A DNA stretch of 64,000 nt from Cycas panzhihuaensis (lineage: Eukaryota; Plantae; Cycadophyta): contig CM041465.1 of the NCBI GenBank assembly GCA_023213395.1, positions 77,383,741 to 77,447,740 on the forward strand. Reading direction: 5' to 3'. Shown in pieces: positions 1 through 12,678 of this stretch; position 1 is the first letter of the stretch, and each line of letters opens with the position of its first letter. A program made the position numbers and the translations under genes. Below the pieces are notes generated by a model. The model was not told where the DNA came from. It made no database searches and was given only the letters and a program-made list of their open reading frames with translations.

Positions 1-3000
1 ATTGTTTCATTGGCATGAATCATATTTAGAGACATAGTTAAGGGCATCTATTTTTATTCCCTTCTAATAAAAAGAGTTTTGTATCTTCTAGTATGTTTTA
101 TCTATTCTTGTATGTTCTATTATTGGCACCGAGTGAGATTCTTCTAATATGGACCTCTTTACTTTAGAGTCCATCGAGATAAATATCTTCCCCTTTCTCA
201 GAATTAATTCTCCTTGTAATTTAAACTTGGAAGGCTTCTAGTCCTTAATTCCTTCTAATATCTTCTATGAAAGTGGATCACTCTTATATTCCTTAATCAA
301 CTCTTGATTCTAACGGGGTATGGCTATTAATATTATTTTTAATAATTTTTTTTCATTGTTGTCCCTAGGTAGTCTTGAGAGGACATTTACAATGATATTT
401 TCTTTACCCTTCTTATATACTATACTAAAATTAAATGTTTATTGACCCATTTTTGTTGTTTGTCTAATAGAGTCTTCTAGTTTAAGAAATATTTGAGACT
501 ATCATGATCTATCTGAACTATAAACTTATTCCCTAATAAGTAATACCTTCATTGGTGTATTGCATGTATGATTGCCAATATTTCTTTGTCATAAATAGGT
601 TTGAGCTTTTCCCTATTATTTAACTTTCTCCTTTCATAAGTAATAGGTCATTTATTTTGAATTAGTATTTTCCTATTTTAAATCCTAAAGCATCGCATTC
701 TAAAATGAATGGTTGTGAAAAATTTGGTGTTATTAGAACTAGAGTTATGACTATTACTTTCTTAAGTTCTTTGAAGGTACATCTTGCTTGTGGATTCCAT
801 ACAATAGCATCTATTTTTGTAAGGTCCATTAATGAGGATGCAATGTGAGTATATCCTTTTATAAAATTTTGAAGAAATCCTGTTACTCTTAGGAAACTCC
901 TTACTCCTGATGCAGTTTTTGGTACTGGCCAATTAATAATGACTTAAAATCTTTTTTGGATCTATTTTTATCCCTTCTTTTGTGATAATATGGCTTAAAT
1001 ATTCCATCTCTTCTTTTTCAAATGTGTATTTCTTTTGATTTGTATAGAATTGATTAGACTACAAGATTAATAGTACTGCTCTGATATTGTCTAGATGTTC
1101 TTCCCATATTTTACTATAGATCATAATGTCATCGAAGAAGACTAGTACAAATTTCTACAAAAGTGGTTTGAGAATTGAATTCATAGTGCTCTAAAAAGTT
1201 GTTGGGGTATTCATCAATGCAAACGACATGATTTTAAACTCAAAGAGTCCCTCATACATGCAAAAAGCTATTTTGTATATATCTTCCTCTCTGATATGAA
1301 TATGATAACACCTTAATCGTAAGTCAATTTTTGAGAAATATCGTGTTCCATATATTTCATCTAATAAATCATCTATTTTTGGGATAGGATAATAGTTCTT
1401 TACTATTAATTTATTTAGCCCTCGATAATCTACAGACATTCTATATGATCCATCTTTTTTTGAATTGATCACAACTGGTGATACAAATAGGTTTGAACTC
1501 ATTGTAATGTATCCTTGACTTAATAATTCCCTTGTGATATTTTTAATTTCTCTTTTTAGATGATGTGGGTGCCTATATAGTTAGATATTTATTAGAGTTT
1601 CTCCTAGTACTAGCTCAATGGAGTGTTGATAATCCTCTTATAGGGGAGGTCCTTGGGGTTCTTCAAATATCGCTGTATACTCTTTTATGATCTTTTGTAC
1701 CTCTATTAATATATCTTCTATTGCTATCTTATAACAAGTCAATATGTATATCAATGGATTCTTCTTCAATATTTTTTCTATATGATGCAAAGATACTAGT
1801 TGTATTGGAGGTGTGAGTGGTGCTTGTAATCTACATTTATGCCCTTTTTGACAGAAACACATAAATTGGGTCATATAGTTGGTAATTATATTACCCAAGG
1901 TTTGTAACCACTAAATTCTCAAGATTGTATTTACTCCTCCTATAGGCATTGCAAACATACATATATATTTATTGAATAGTCTTTGATTTGGAGATTCACC
2001 TTCTGATAGTAACCTCCATAGGGAGTGGTTTTCTCATTTGCTATGGATACTTGAAAAGTATTCAAAGATTGTATTTTTAGTCCTAACTTCTTTGTTGTAG
2101 TCGTATTGATAAAGTTATGTATGTTGCTGCTATCCACAAGTACAACAATTGGAGCTCTTTTGATCATCCCTTGGAACCTAAGGGTTTGGGGTGTAACACT
2201 TTGTTTCGTTATGACTTATAGTGAAATTTGAACATTTTTAGTATCAACTTCTAAAAGTTCATCTATGTCTTCTTCCTCTTCTTGGGTCTAATTTACTTCT
2301 TCTTATTCTTCATCTGGTATTTCTACTTCATTATTATTGATCATGAACACCTTCTTTGTGGGACATTTGTGTTCTTTATTCTACTTTCCTCGACATTTAA
2401 AACAAGTCCCCTTTTTGAGATGTTTAACTTTGCTTATTTAGTTTGTGTCTTTTATTGCTATTAGTGGGTTTGATTTTGTGCCTAATCTAGACCAATTTGG
2501 ATTGGATCCCTGTTGCTAATATGATTCAGTTCTGTTCAGATAGATAAACTTATGCTCACTAAATTCTGTTTCTATGTTCTTCGCGTACCGAATTACCTCA
2601 TAAATGTTTGAGGAGTTCATATTCTTAACGTGAAACTTAATTATTCTCTTTAATCCACTTACGTATGTGTCTAGAATGTATTCAGCTAGTATTCATTTTG
2701 GTATTAGATATTAAAGCATTTGGAATTGCTTAGGTTTTTCTTGAACTGTTTCGTTTTATTATAATCTTGTTAATTGAGCAAAATAGTCAGTGTTCTATGA
2801 ATCTCCATACTATTTTATTAATCATGCTTTTAGATAGTCTCATGATTCTAGATAGCCCAAGTTCTTTTTTCACCAATAAAACTGCTTTAATGCCCTTCTA
2901 TATAAATGTAGAGATGCTATCGATATCTTTTCCTTATCTGATAGTTCATATAATTGGAAGTATGTTTCTATTTCTAGTAATCAAATTTGGATGTTCCTTG

Positions 3001-3458
3001 ATCTTTTTGTATCAAATTTTTTCAATGTAAATTTAGTTCCCCTAAGACTTTGAATTGATTAGGAATTCCTCTAATTCTATCATTCATAGATAAAACCCCT
3101 AAATCTTCTTAATTTTTTTTGTTGTTCTTTCCTCTGATTACCTTAATTTGTGGATTCTTCATTGAATTCTTCCATGTCTTGATGTTTCCCTATTATTGAT
3201 TCTCCTTCTTATAGATCTAACTTTTTATTTAAAGTTTTGAATGAAACATGGATGTTATTTATTAAAGTGATAAGTTCAGATGATAAGTGGGATAATACTT
3301 CTTCTATCTTGCTTCCTTTTATTTCTGTTATTGTTGTTTGGCAGTTCACCATTTTGTTTGAGATGAGGCTTTTCCTTGACCTTAGTTCCATCCCTGTGGG
3401 AGGAAAATATTTGGTCAAATTTGTTTAAATTATCTTTGGATTCTTATTTTGAAACGAA

Positions 3459-3470
3459 GCTCTGAGACCA
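3459..3470 (-). promoter_or_regulatory. Primer-binding site (tRNA-iMet) of G1
   Basis: Minus strand reads TGGTCTCAGAGC (canonical TGGTATCAGAGC), 2 nt after the LTR terminus ...CTTCA. Confidence 0.85.
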
Positions 3471-3472
3471 TT

Positions 3473-4297
3473 TGAAGTAAACACTTTCTTCTACCCCTTG
3501 CGGAATCCCCAAATGTCTAAGAAAAAGTCTACTGAAAATTTACTAATGGTAAGAAAAGTACAAAAATAGTAAATACACTAGTCAAAATAGATAAGGAATG
3601 AAATCCATAGGGCTAGCCAATACTTCTCAGAATATGCTTGCTTCACCCAATATCGTGCTTGAAATGTTCAACCCTCTTTAAGGTGAGGTTACCTCTAGAA
3701 ATTACAACCCAAATAGGTGAGCTAATTACAATTTTAAAAGCTAAGTTTATGCTCAAAGAACATAATCATATGATGATTTGGAATGGGGACTCCAACCCCT
3801 ATATATAGATACATTTAATCTTCAAAAGGAAGTTGACCAGAAAAGAGATAGTTCACTGAGATTGAACCTAATATAAAGTCAGCTAGAAGATAGGCGATAG
3901 GCCATGACTGGGCCAAGTAGGAGAGAAATTGGGAATGTGACATTGACTAACTCTTTAGTCTTCTATCTCCATACTTAGGGATATCAAGTTTTATTCCATT
4001 ATTATTTTTATCTAGGGATCTCAATATTCTTTTCTCATAAGATGGTGTTTCTTATGGTCCCTCTTCCTCAAGTTCTACTCTAGCTTTTAACTCTATTTCA
4101 ATGTCATTATCATATCTTCTTAGACCTTGTCTATTATTTAAGAGGAGCTTTTATTGTCTCAATACCACCTCTGTGAGTTCTTCTACCCTTCTTTGAAGCT
4201 TTTGCATATTCTTGTTCAATTGTGCATTACTCCCTTTGGCCATCTTGTCTCTCAAACTATTTACTTTCTTTCTATAAACACTTTCAATATGCTTTCA
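3473..4297 (-). repeat. 5' LTR of G1 (outer boundary uncertain)
   Basis: Terminus TGAAG at 3473 abuts the PBS. TATA-like ctatatatag at ~3799-3808. Shares motifs with the G2 LTRs. Outer end is guessed at ...GCTTTCA 4297; the partner LTR is outside the window. Confidence 0.55.
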
Positions 4298-5049
4298 ATA
4301 ATATTTTAAATAGATTTTAAAAGAAAACATAAAATTCACTATTTATTCACTCTAAACTTCTTCTACTTCTCCTAGAGTTGAACCGAGCTCTTTTACTAGA
4401 TAATAGGATTATGATTCATTAAAAGACATATGAGTATTTTAAGTGAAATAGACCAAAAAATTATACATGACATCCTTCTTTTGTAAATTTTTATTTTTTC
4501 ATTCCTAAATCTAATAAAAATAAAAAAATTAAGTTTTTATAGTACCAAAAATATATAAATTCAAGCTCATTGGCCATCCAAAAATCTTAATTACCATCCC
4601 TTAAAATTAGGAAATTGACTTGAAGCAATAAAGCCCTTAAATTAAAATATTCTATTTTTAGTAAAATACTAATTATTACTATTTTTAGTAAATTTTAAAA
4701 AGTTCTCAAATGTGTTTAAAAATTGGTCCATAGGTAGCTAAACATGTTATGTGCCCCACAAAAAAAAAAGTAAAAAAATAATCACTTAATTAAGAAAATT
4801 GATAATTTAAAAAAAAAATAGAAAAGAAATTGGAATTATAATTTTTAGTCATTTAGATTACGTATTTTAGGCCTAAAATTGAAATGTGATGATGGAAAAG
4901 TGGTGGAATTGCTTTGAAACTTGTATAAATTTTTGAGATAATTATTTTAATATGTGGCAGTCTGTACTTTTATTTATATGGAAAAGGTTATGCTATTTTT
5001 AATAATAATACTTTTTAGATGCTCATATATCACTTCTTAAAGTAAAAAT

Positions 5050-5815
5050 TACTTATATACCTCATGGTAAAAGGGTTAACTAGAGCAAGTATCATATTTA
5101 TAAGAAATAGCTTATTTTGTTATCACAAAAGTCTATGGTAATAACTAGATCAATGAATATGACTTTATGCACGAGATATATTTTGAAGAAGGAATTGGTT
5201 TTGGGGCATTATTAAGTGGGTTTTTGTTTGATTAACTAAGAAAGAGCTTTTAGGAACATTAGTATCACTAAAAATAACCTCTCATGGATTATAATTTACA
5301 ATCAATGTTATTTGGGATTTTTATAATTTGGTGATTTAAGTTTTGACTAAAGAAAAGGTTGATTGTGATGTTATTAATAAATTATATGAAGGCATGGAGA
5401 GTGATGGGATACAGATTGATGGTAGACTTTTCAATGAGTTAATCTATGCTTCTTGCAAGGTAGGGGATATAAATAAGGATATGCTCTTCTTGGGTAAAAT
5501 AGAAGGTAGGGGTTAAGTGTTAATAGTTATAATTTTATATTAGGGCTTATAGGAAGCATATTTGAAGTATATATTGCTCTTAAGAAAATGAAGAAATATG
5601 GGATACATCCCAATATTAAGGTATATAATGATTTGTTAAAAGTGTATTTGAAAAGAGGTTATTTGAATGAAGTAGAAGGGATTATATCATAAATGGAAAA
5701 GAATGGAGTTGTTTCACATAAGCTTACTTATAGTCTCCTTAAGTGTAGGCCATGAAGAGAATGCTCAGATGTTTTTTTGAGGAAATGGAGGAGGTTGATA
5801 TTCAACCTACTTATT
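5050..5815 (+). pseudogene. CRP1: Degenerate P-class pentatricopeptide-repeat gene fragment, CRP1/At5g42310-like
   Basis: Manual translation: 'DFYNLVI*VLTKEKVDCDVINKLYEGMESDGIQIDGRLFNELIYASCKVGDINKDMLFLGKIEGRG*' (to 5516), then 'GLIGSIFEVYIALKKMKKYGIHPNIKVYNDLLKVYLKRGYLNEVEGIIS*MEKNGVVSHKLTYSLL...ENAQMFFEEMEEVDIQP' (5543-5810). These are tandem ~35-aa PPR motifs with stops and frameshifts. The CRP1-like assignment is from recalled sequence; a paralogue is possible. Confidence 0.8.
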
Positions 5816-7969
5816 CTATTTATTTTGTGCAAATCTATCCTAATGTTGAATACGTATGAAATACATTAATGTTGACTTATGTTATTATGTTATTTCTTAT
5901 TATTTCTAGATAATCTAATAAGGTATTAGAATGTTATGATATTTAATGTCATTTTTGAATTATATGCTTGATGTTGATATTTTGTCATCTATTAAAGAGC
6001 ATCAAAGACTACACTAACCTAATAGCATCTCTAGGTACACTAATAATTTGTTACATATGGTTATAAGCTCTAATAATTAGCTTTTGTTAGGTTAAATTCT
6101 CATTAAATACTTGCTTAATTGCATGTATTGCTAAGGAGGATTATTATAGATGGTCAATATTACTTTTTCTTAATGATGCAAAAACACAACTTATTACATA
6201 TTAGGATGCATCCATGTGAACATAGAATATCTTATTTCAATCTAAGAGTTGTGATTAAAGTTGACATGATAGGTCATTTTAATGCTTTTAATGTATATTG
6301 TTGTATCTACATCCACTACTACTTCATATCCTTCTTTGGAAACTCTTTCAAAGGCCTTGAGCTATGTGCATACTCTTTTTAAAATAATTAATAATATCTA
6401 GTTAATTGTATAAATCCCTTTAATTATTTTTATATAGTTGTGATTGGGAAGTTTATGATGGAAATGATTTTATTTAGGCAAGAAAGTAACCCATCGTTAC
6501 TCATGATGTATCCTAATAAATGTTTAAATAAGGCTACGGTTAAATATTTCTTTGGGTTTAAACAAAGTTTACAAGATTTATATATCTATAGCTTTTTGTA
6601 AACAATGTCTAAGATATTTTTAAAAATTTGGTAGTGTCCAATCATCTTAGAAGATCATCATTTTTTTCCTCCAATCATCCTTTTGAAGATATTGAGTATA
6701 ATTCACTAAAATATGGGCAATGTATTAATGAAACTAAATAACTTTATCTTATAGATATAGGTTTTCCACATTCTGTTGATTATTATTTTTTATTGGTCTT
6801 TTGGATGATACTTAGTCATATATAATAAACATATTACTAAAGGAGTTCTTTCTCCATATAATTTCTCATATATCTTTTATAAATTTTGTGATTTTGTTAA
6901 GTTATTGATAATTAAAATATACTTGAATCATCTTGTTCTCTATGAGTATCACCATTATGGGGTTAACATAGTCATTTTATTCTATTCCATGCATATTACA
7001 AACTTATAACATTTTATCTAAATTTACCTTGAATTTTATATTTATTTTATAAGGTTATCATTTAGTATGTTTAGATCTTATTATAAAATATATATTATAG
7101 ACTCTAATCTCTAGAGGAATCCCCTTCAAGTACTTATATATCCAAGCAAACAAGTCCTATTATTGTTTACATAAGGTTAGGGTCTAGGCCATAGTTTGAT
7201 AATCTCAGTGGCCCCTAATTATAATTTTGTAGGGGTTATACTTATCTGCCATGTTTAGTTGTTTGGTCTTTAATCTCTTAAATTTAACTTGTTCATTCTC
7301 ATCCACTTGGTGTTTAAGTTTATAAGTTATTTCCATATTTCATATTTTAATTTAATGTATTATAAGGGTAAGTTGTGTTTTTCTTTATGTTTTAAGCTCT
7401 CATTCTTCCTAGATATTAATAGGTTTGTATAATTCTTAATTTCTTTTTTAATATTTAGTGTTTTAATTCTATGTAGAATTTTACTTATCTTAGTGTCCTC
7501 TAATGTATATGATGATACCCTAAGGAATGACTTCTTGAGGTCATCCCAATCTATACATATAATTCTTTCCTCTCTTAACAACTAATTTGCCTTACCTACC
7601 TTAAATTATAGAAAGGAAAGTTGCTCCAATCCTTTTCATGAATGTTATAATGTCTCTATCTAGTCTTTACATCCTCTCAAATGGTTGAGGGGGTAGTTTT
7701 ATACAAGAAATATTATTAGTTTCTATACATGTTGTGATTCCATCTAGTCTTCTAGTAAAATTTGTTGGGCTAGGTATAACTAGAGTGTTGGTCTCTATAG
7801 GGTACTAATAAAGTCAAATTCCTATTATTTTTTTCTAAATATATTATGTTCCAACCAAAACTCTATCCATTGGATGAGATGACTTGTAGTTTCTAAATGG
7901 ATTTTAAAAAAATTGTTGTATTATCTCTAATGGTTATTTATTCTATAGTACATAAATATTTCTATGGTT

Positions 7970-8045
7970 AGTGATAAGGTTGGGGTTAGAGTTAGGGTTA
8001 AGGTTGGGGTTAGGTTTGGGATTGGGGTAAAATTAGAACTAGGTT
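7970..8045 (-). repeat. Hexamer low-complexity tract encoding Pro-Asn repeats in element M
   Basis: Plus strand ggttggggttagagttagggttaaggttggggttagg; the minus strand translates as PNPKPNPNLNPNSNPNL. Confidence 0.6.
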
Positions 8046-9789
8046 GGAGTCATCTTACTCTGAACAAGGTTTATGGTTTTCTAAATCATAATTGAGATTA
8101 GGGTTGGAATGCGTTTGTGCCATAATAATATTATGTATTTTTAATCTAACCTTAGGATCATCACCATTAGGGATAGGACTATTTAGACGATTATGATTAG
8201 AAGAAATAGGATTAGGTTCATTAGAAAATTTAAGATTGATAGTGTTTAGAATGCTTTCCCCTTATAATAAATTACATTGAGAATAATTATTATATATAAT
8301 AATGACTATACTACTAAGATCATTATATAAAACATCATCATTATTAATGTTATCAATATTAATACTAATATACTCATTAAAATAATAATTATTTTTATTA
8401 TTCAATTTGTTAGTATAAAAAAATAATGGAAAATTAAGATCACCTAAAATAGGAGTAGGTTGTTTCATATACCCCTTATAACCAATTTTCAAGATATAAG
8501 ATTATTTTATCACCTTTTGGGTCTAAGTTTGGAGATAGTTTTCCTTATTGATTTAGCTCTTATAGATATTATTTATAGTCTTAGTTTCCTCCACTGGTTA
8601 TAATGTCATCACCTTATTAAATAAACTATGGATTTTTTTGTTAGCAATAGTTGTGGTAGAGACTTTATCTAGCATCACTCATTCCTCTTACCCATCATGA
8701 GTAATGCAACTTATTTTCCACCATGTCTAATCATTAATATACTATTCTTCTAACTTTATATATAGTTAGTGCCATAGAGAAATGAGCAACATTATGGAGC
8801 AAGATATCAGGCCTTCAAATATCTAACTATATATATATTGATAAAATCCATTTGCACCTAGATTCCTTCTTCACTTTTACTTTAGGCATGATCTCTAGCA
8901 TCTTAACTTGTAGCTCGCTTATAAGTTTTAGGGAGTATATTATTAGATATATAGAAGGGCTTTGTAATTTCTTAAAAGTATGGGTTAGTATCACATTGAT
9001 CATTGGCCTACCATCCATTATTACTCTATCAATAGTTTTTCCAAAGACTTTCATTGCCACCTTAGGGTGCTTATCATACGGGGGTAAAATTTTATTAACA
9101 TTATTATTTGCACCTTAGGATCCAACTTAGCATATTTAATATCCAACCATTTAATTACTAGCATTAATGGAGTGGCTAAATTTAACTACATTACTATATT
9201 CTTTAATAGTCTTAAAACCTATAAAATGTTTTTTAAGGGGATGTTGTTGAATACATTAGCTATCTTGATTTGTATTGGCTCCATTACTTATGGTTTCTCT
9301 ACTATTATATCCTTATTTTTTTTTAAGGATGTCATCCTATTTAGTTTGACTTTTGGTTTGGGTAAGATGGGACAGTTCTCCTTTGCCTTCTTAGTCACCT
9401 CTCTTAATGCCTTTTTGTAAAGAAATCAATATCTACTTTCAAACTAGAGTAATTATATCCATCTTATTTAGAGTTAGTCACTAATTAGCCTCTCATTTAT
9501 AGATTTACTATTTAGGTGGGTTAAGCATAATCAACATTAGGTTGTTTGATTTTTCATTTGGTGGGCAATTTTTTAAAGGGTAATTACATGGCCCACTTTT
9601 CTTACACTTATGGGTACTCTTTGGTGCCTAAATTCAAGGTAAAATAGACATCTTCCTATTTGCTTATTCTTCTTAAGTGGGTGTAGTGCTACCTTTATGG
9701 ATTTAGTGCCATATTCTACTTAATGTCTTATGTTTTGTCTTACATTATGTGTGTAATAATTTTAATAATTAAAGAAAAAAAAGTATTTA

Positions 9790-10090
9790 AGAGGTATAAT
9801 CAATGGTTCAATTGTAATTAGCAATTACAATCATAGTTAGGATTGTAACCAAAATGTATAATTAGAAGCCAAATTATAACCACAATTAGGATTACAACCA
9901 ACAACAACAAAAGTTAGATTACAACTAGAAAGTGTAATCATAGCAGAGATTAAAATTAAGAAATATAAGTGTAATACATGTTATAATTAGGAATTATAAT
10001 TAGAACCCATATTATACTAGTTAATCACAATTAATTAATGGATTGTAACTAAAATAAGGATTAAAATAAGATTAAGACTAATTAGAGATA
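9790..10090 (-). repeat. Degenerate short (~12-bp unit) repeat array in the gag of M
   Basis: Recurrent aggattgtaacc / aggattacaacc / agattacaacta / ggaattataatt units; the minus strand encodes (G/S)(C/Y)N(P/S)-like repeats. Confidence 0.5.
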
Positions 10091-11659
10091 TTAACTAGTT
10101 TATTTAGAAAGATTATTCAATCTGTATTATATAAACAATGTAATTGCTTCATGTCTTATTTCATAGGTTAGGAATTCTATCAATCTTCTCTTGTTATATG
10201 GCTTTAGCTAATTTTGTCTTTGTTCAAGTCCTCTAGTTTATACCTCTCATCTACTTGTGAGAGAGCTAGATGTAGTGCCCTATTTAATTAATGCAAGTTG
10301 TTAGTTCATACTCAAAATTGTGTACTTTCTAGATGTTTATATATGTTCTTATACTTCTTTAAGAATGATATCAATAATTACGTGAGGAATACTAGAACAC
10401 ACACTAGTTTCATTTCTATTCTACTTAAACCCTATGAAGAAGGCAAGTAAAACTGAAATAGGAGGGTGAGGGTAGACAAGTCTTCCCATACCACCAAAGA
10501 ATGATTTAGGGATAAAGAAAAAATATGCTAAGAAAGGGTAATAACTAGGTGAATGAAAGATTGTAAGGAGGAACACATACACCAAGATTTCCAATTTACT
10601 TAAGAAAATAAGTGAAGAGAAGATCAACTGTGAGGTTAGAGAAAGAAAAGAAGTCAACCTAAAAAGAAGAAGCAAAAAATAGAGAGTCTATGGAATAAAA
10701 AAATAGGAAGTAGGAACCTAAGAATAAAAATAAAGAAAGGACCCAAAAGAAGATTAGAGGTGTGCATCTATTACAGACTCTACCAATGATGAAAAATTAT
10801 AGTTTGATTCAAAAGAATCCATGAATCTAAATATTTTAGGCAATGGAAGTAATTATATACTCTTAAAAAATGGGAGTATGTCTAATGGAGGATGGGACTA
10901 TCCCATAATTAAGGAGCCAACCCCTTATAATCAATATCAAAATCCTCCTTATGTGATAATGGTAAAAGGAATGATTAGTCCAATAGTATTTAGACCATAT
11001 ACACTAGAAGGAAGCCCCTTATAAGTTGGGAGTATGATAAGGAATTCCCCAATAGGACACATTAGTATTCAATTAATGGTTATTAATATTATAAGTCCTA
11101 AAGGAATTAGGAAAGGAGTGGGTGGTAACCAAATAGGTAATATTGTTATTTTTAGGATAAGAGGAGGAATTGGGGAGGTAATACACCACTAGTTGATGGA
11201 GTAATAGGAAGTTTAATGCCACTAAGTAGAGTACAATATACAACTCCTTATGTTATTATGCAAATGATATAGACTTTGGAAATTTATAATTTAATAAATC
11301 CAAAGATCCAAGAGATTATTTAACATTATTTACAAACATGTTAAAAATCAAGAGGAGATCAAAGCAAGTTTGTTTTTTTTTAACATTATGAGGAGTAGCC
11401 ATATCTTGGTACCAATCTATCACCACTTAGAATCTAATATAAGAACATATTTATCTTTAATTCTTGGATCAATTTTACAGATTGTACAACCCTACTATCG
11501 CATTAGAAGATTTTTTAATTTTAAGGTGAATTAGTAAGCAATTTTGATGTTAAAATGAGGATAATTATGAATAATATGGATATAATAATTCCATCTAATC
11601 CCATGCTTACTTTAAAGTACTTTATTCAAGTGGATGGGGTCAAGTTTGATAATAGAAGC

Positions 11660-11945
11660 TAGTTTTCAATCATTAGGAGCACAAATATAACAACCAAGAG
11701 AAATGGGTGAATATGGGGTTAATTTTCAAGGAATACAACCTAATAATTAGGGTTTAGTTTTCAACCATTAGGAGCATAAATATAACAACCAAGAGAAATG
11801 AGTCAATAAGGAGTTAAATTTCAAGGAATACAACCTAACAATTAGGGTTTAAATTTCAACCATTAGGAGAACAAATATAATAACCAAGAGAAATAGGTCA
11901 ATAAGGAGTTTATTTTCAAGGAACAAAACCTAACAATCATGGTTT
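11660..11945 (+). repeat. Three tandem 95-bp repeats in H gag (Q/G/N-rich)
   Basis: cattagga occurs at 11671, 11766 and 11861; the unit encodes ~FQPLGAQI(Q)QPREMGQ(Q)GVNFQGIQPNN(Q)GL. Confidence 0.9.
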
Positions 11946-12033
11946 AATATGCAACACATACCTCAAATGGAAAAATATCTAGAGCTAGAAGCTTTAAAGA
12001 AATAATTAAAAGTTATAAAATAGTAGCCACTAA

Positions 12034-12610
12034 TTTCAATGCTAATAGCAAGTAAAATTAATAAATTAAAAAGTTGAGAGTCAAATTAGCATGTCTAATA
12101 ATGGAAAAAAATAGGGATAATATATGGTGTCTTCCATTATATGTTTAATAAGGCCATTTACAACATGAACAATAGGAAAGACCTATCATGAAATAGTGTG
12201 AAATTTATCATAAAAATAATCATAATACTTGGGATTGCTATTTTTAGCCATTAAACAAAGATAAAGACCAAAGGTAAGGGATTATTTTATCAAAAAATGG
12301 ATCATATTTCTTTTAAATATCAGTTTCAATGGCAATAGTAAGTAAAATCAAGAAATTAAAAAGTTGAGAGTTAAATTAGCATGCCTAAGAATGGAGAAAA
12401 CTAGGGATGATATATGGTGTCCTCCACCATGTGGTCAATAAGGCCATTTATGAAATGAACAATAGGAAAGAACTATCATGAAATAGTGTAAAATTTGTCA
12501 TGAAAATAATCATAATACTTGGGAACGTTATTTTTGGCCATTAAATAAAAGATGAAGACCAAACGTAAGGGATTCTTTTATCAAGAAATGGATCATATTT
12601 CTTTTAAATA
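12034..12610 (+). repeat. ~290-bp tandem duplication covering two CCHC-like knuckles of H gag
   Basis: tttcaatg...ggatcatatttcttttaaata at 12034-12319 and 12324-12610; copy 2 encodes 'WCPPPCGQ*GHL' and 'CKICHENNHNTWE'. Confidence 0.9.
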
Positions 12611-12678
12611 GTATAAGGGGAAGACTAAACCTATTAGGTATCATTTATATTTGAGATGGGGATATTTTTGGTTGAATT

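Larger units (their letters stand above)
1..4297 (-). mobile_element. G1: degenerate Ty3/gypsy chromovirus (Reina-like), 5' part; runs off the left window edge
   Basis: Minus-strand order: gag (~2500-3060); protease 'VVLVDSSNIHNFI' (1940-2167); RT 'KKDGSYRMSVDYRGLNK...FSKIDLR...FEFKIMSFALMNTPTTF' (1191-1502); RNase H (~370-720). Met PBS lies next to an LTR that shares motifs with G2. Confidence 0.85.
5990..10400 (-). mobile_element. M: highly degenerate non-chromoviral Ty3/gypsy fragment (gag - Zn knuckles - PR - extra capsid-like domain - RT - RNase H); no LTRs found
   Basis: Minus strand: knuckle remnant 'CKK.GHV' (~9580-9610); protease 'DRVIMDGRPMINVI' (~8660-9070); 'WDDLKKSFL' domain (7480-7725); RT 'DLFAWIYKYLKGIPLE...LCLNPKK...LLGYIMSNDGL' (6380-7270); RNase H 'FYVHMDAS' (~6200). 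Confidence 0.75.

Noticed and set aside
3830-3842. W-box (TTGACC) in the G1 LTR
   Set aside because: Homologous sites read gtcaacc and gttggcc, consistent with different CpG decay products of one ancestral motif.
7970-8045. TTAGGG-like interstitial telomere
   Set aside because: Only one exact unit; better explained as Pro-Asn codons in the coding direction of element M.
10421-10675. Hydrophobic 'membrane protein' ORFs (also 2282-2464 and 63603-63812)
   Set aside because: They are antisense shadows of K/E-rich retroelement coding sequence.
11660-11945. CRISPR-like array
   Set aside because: Contiguous tandem units with no unique spacers, in a eukaryotic gag context.
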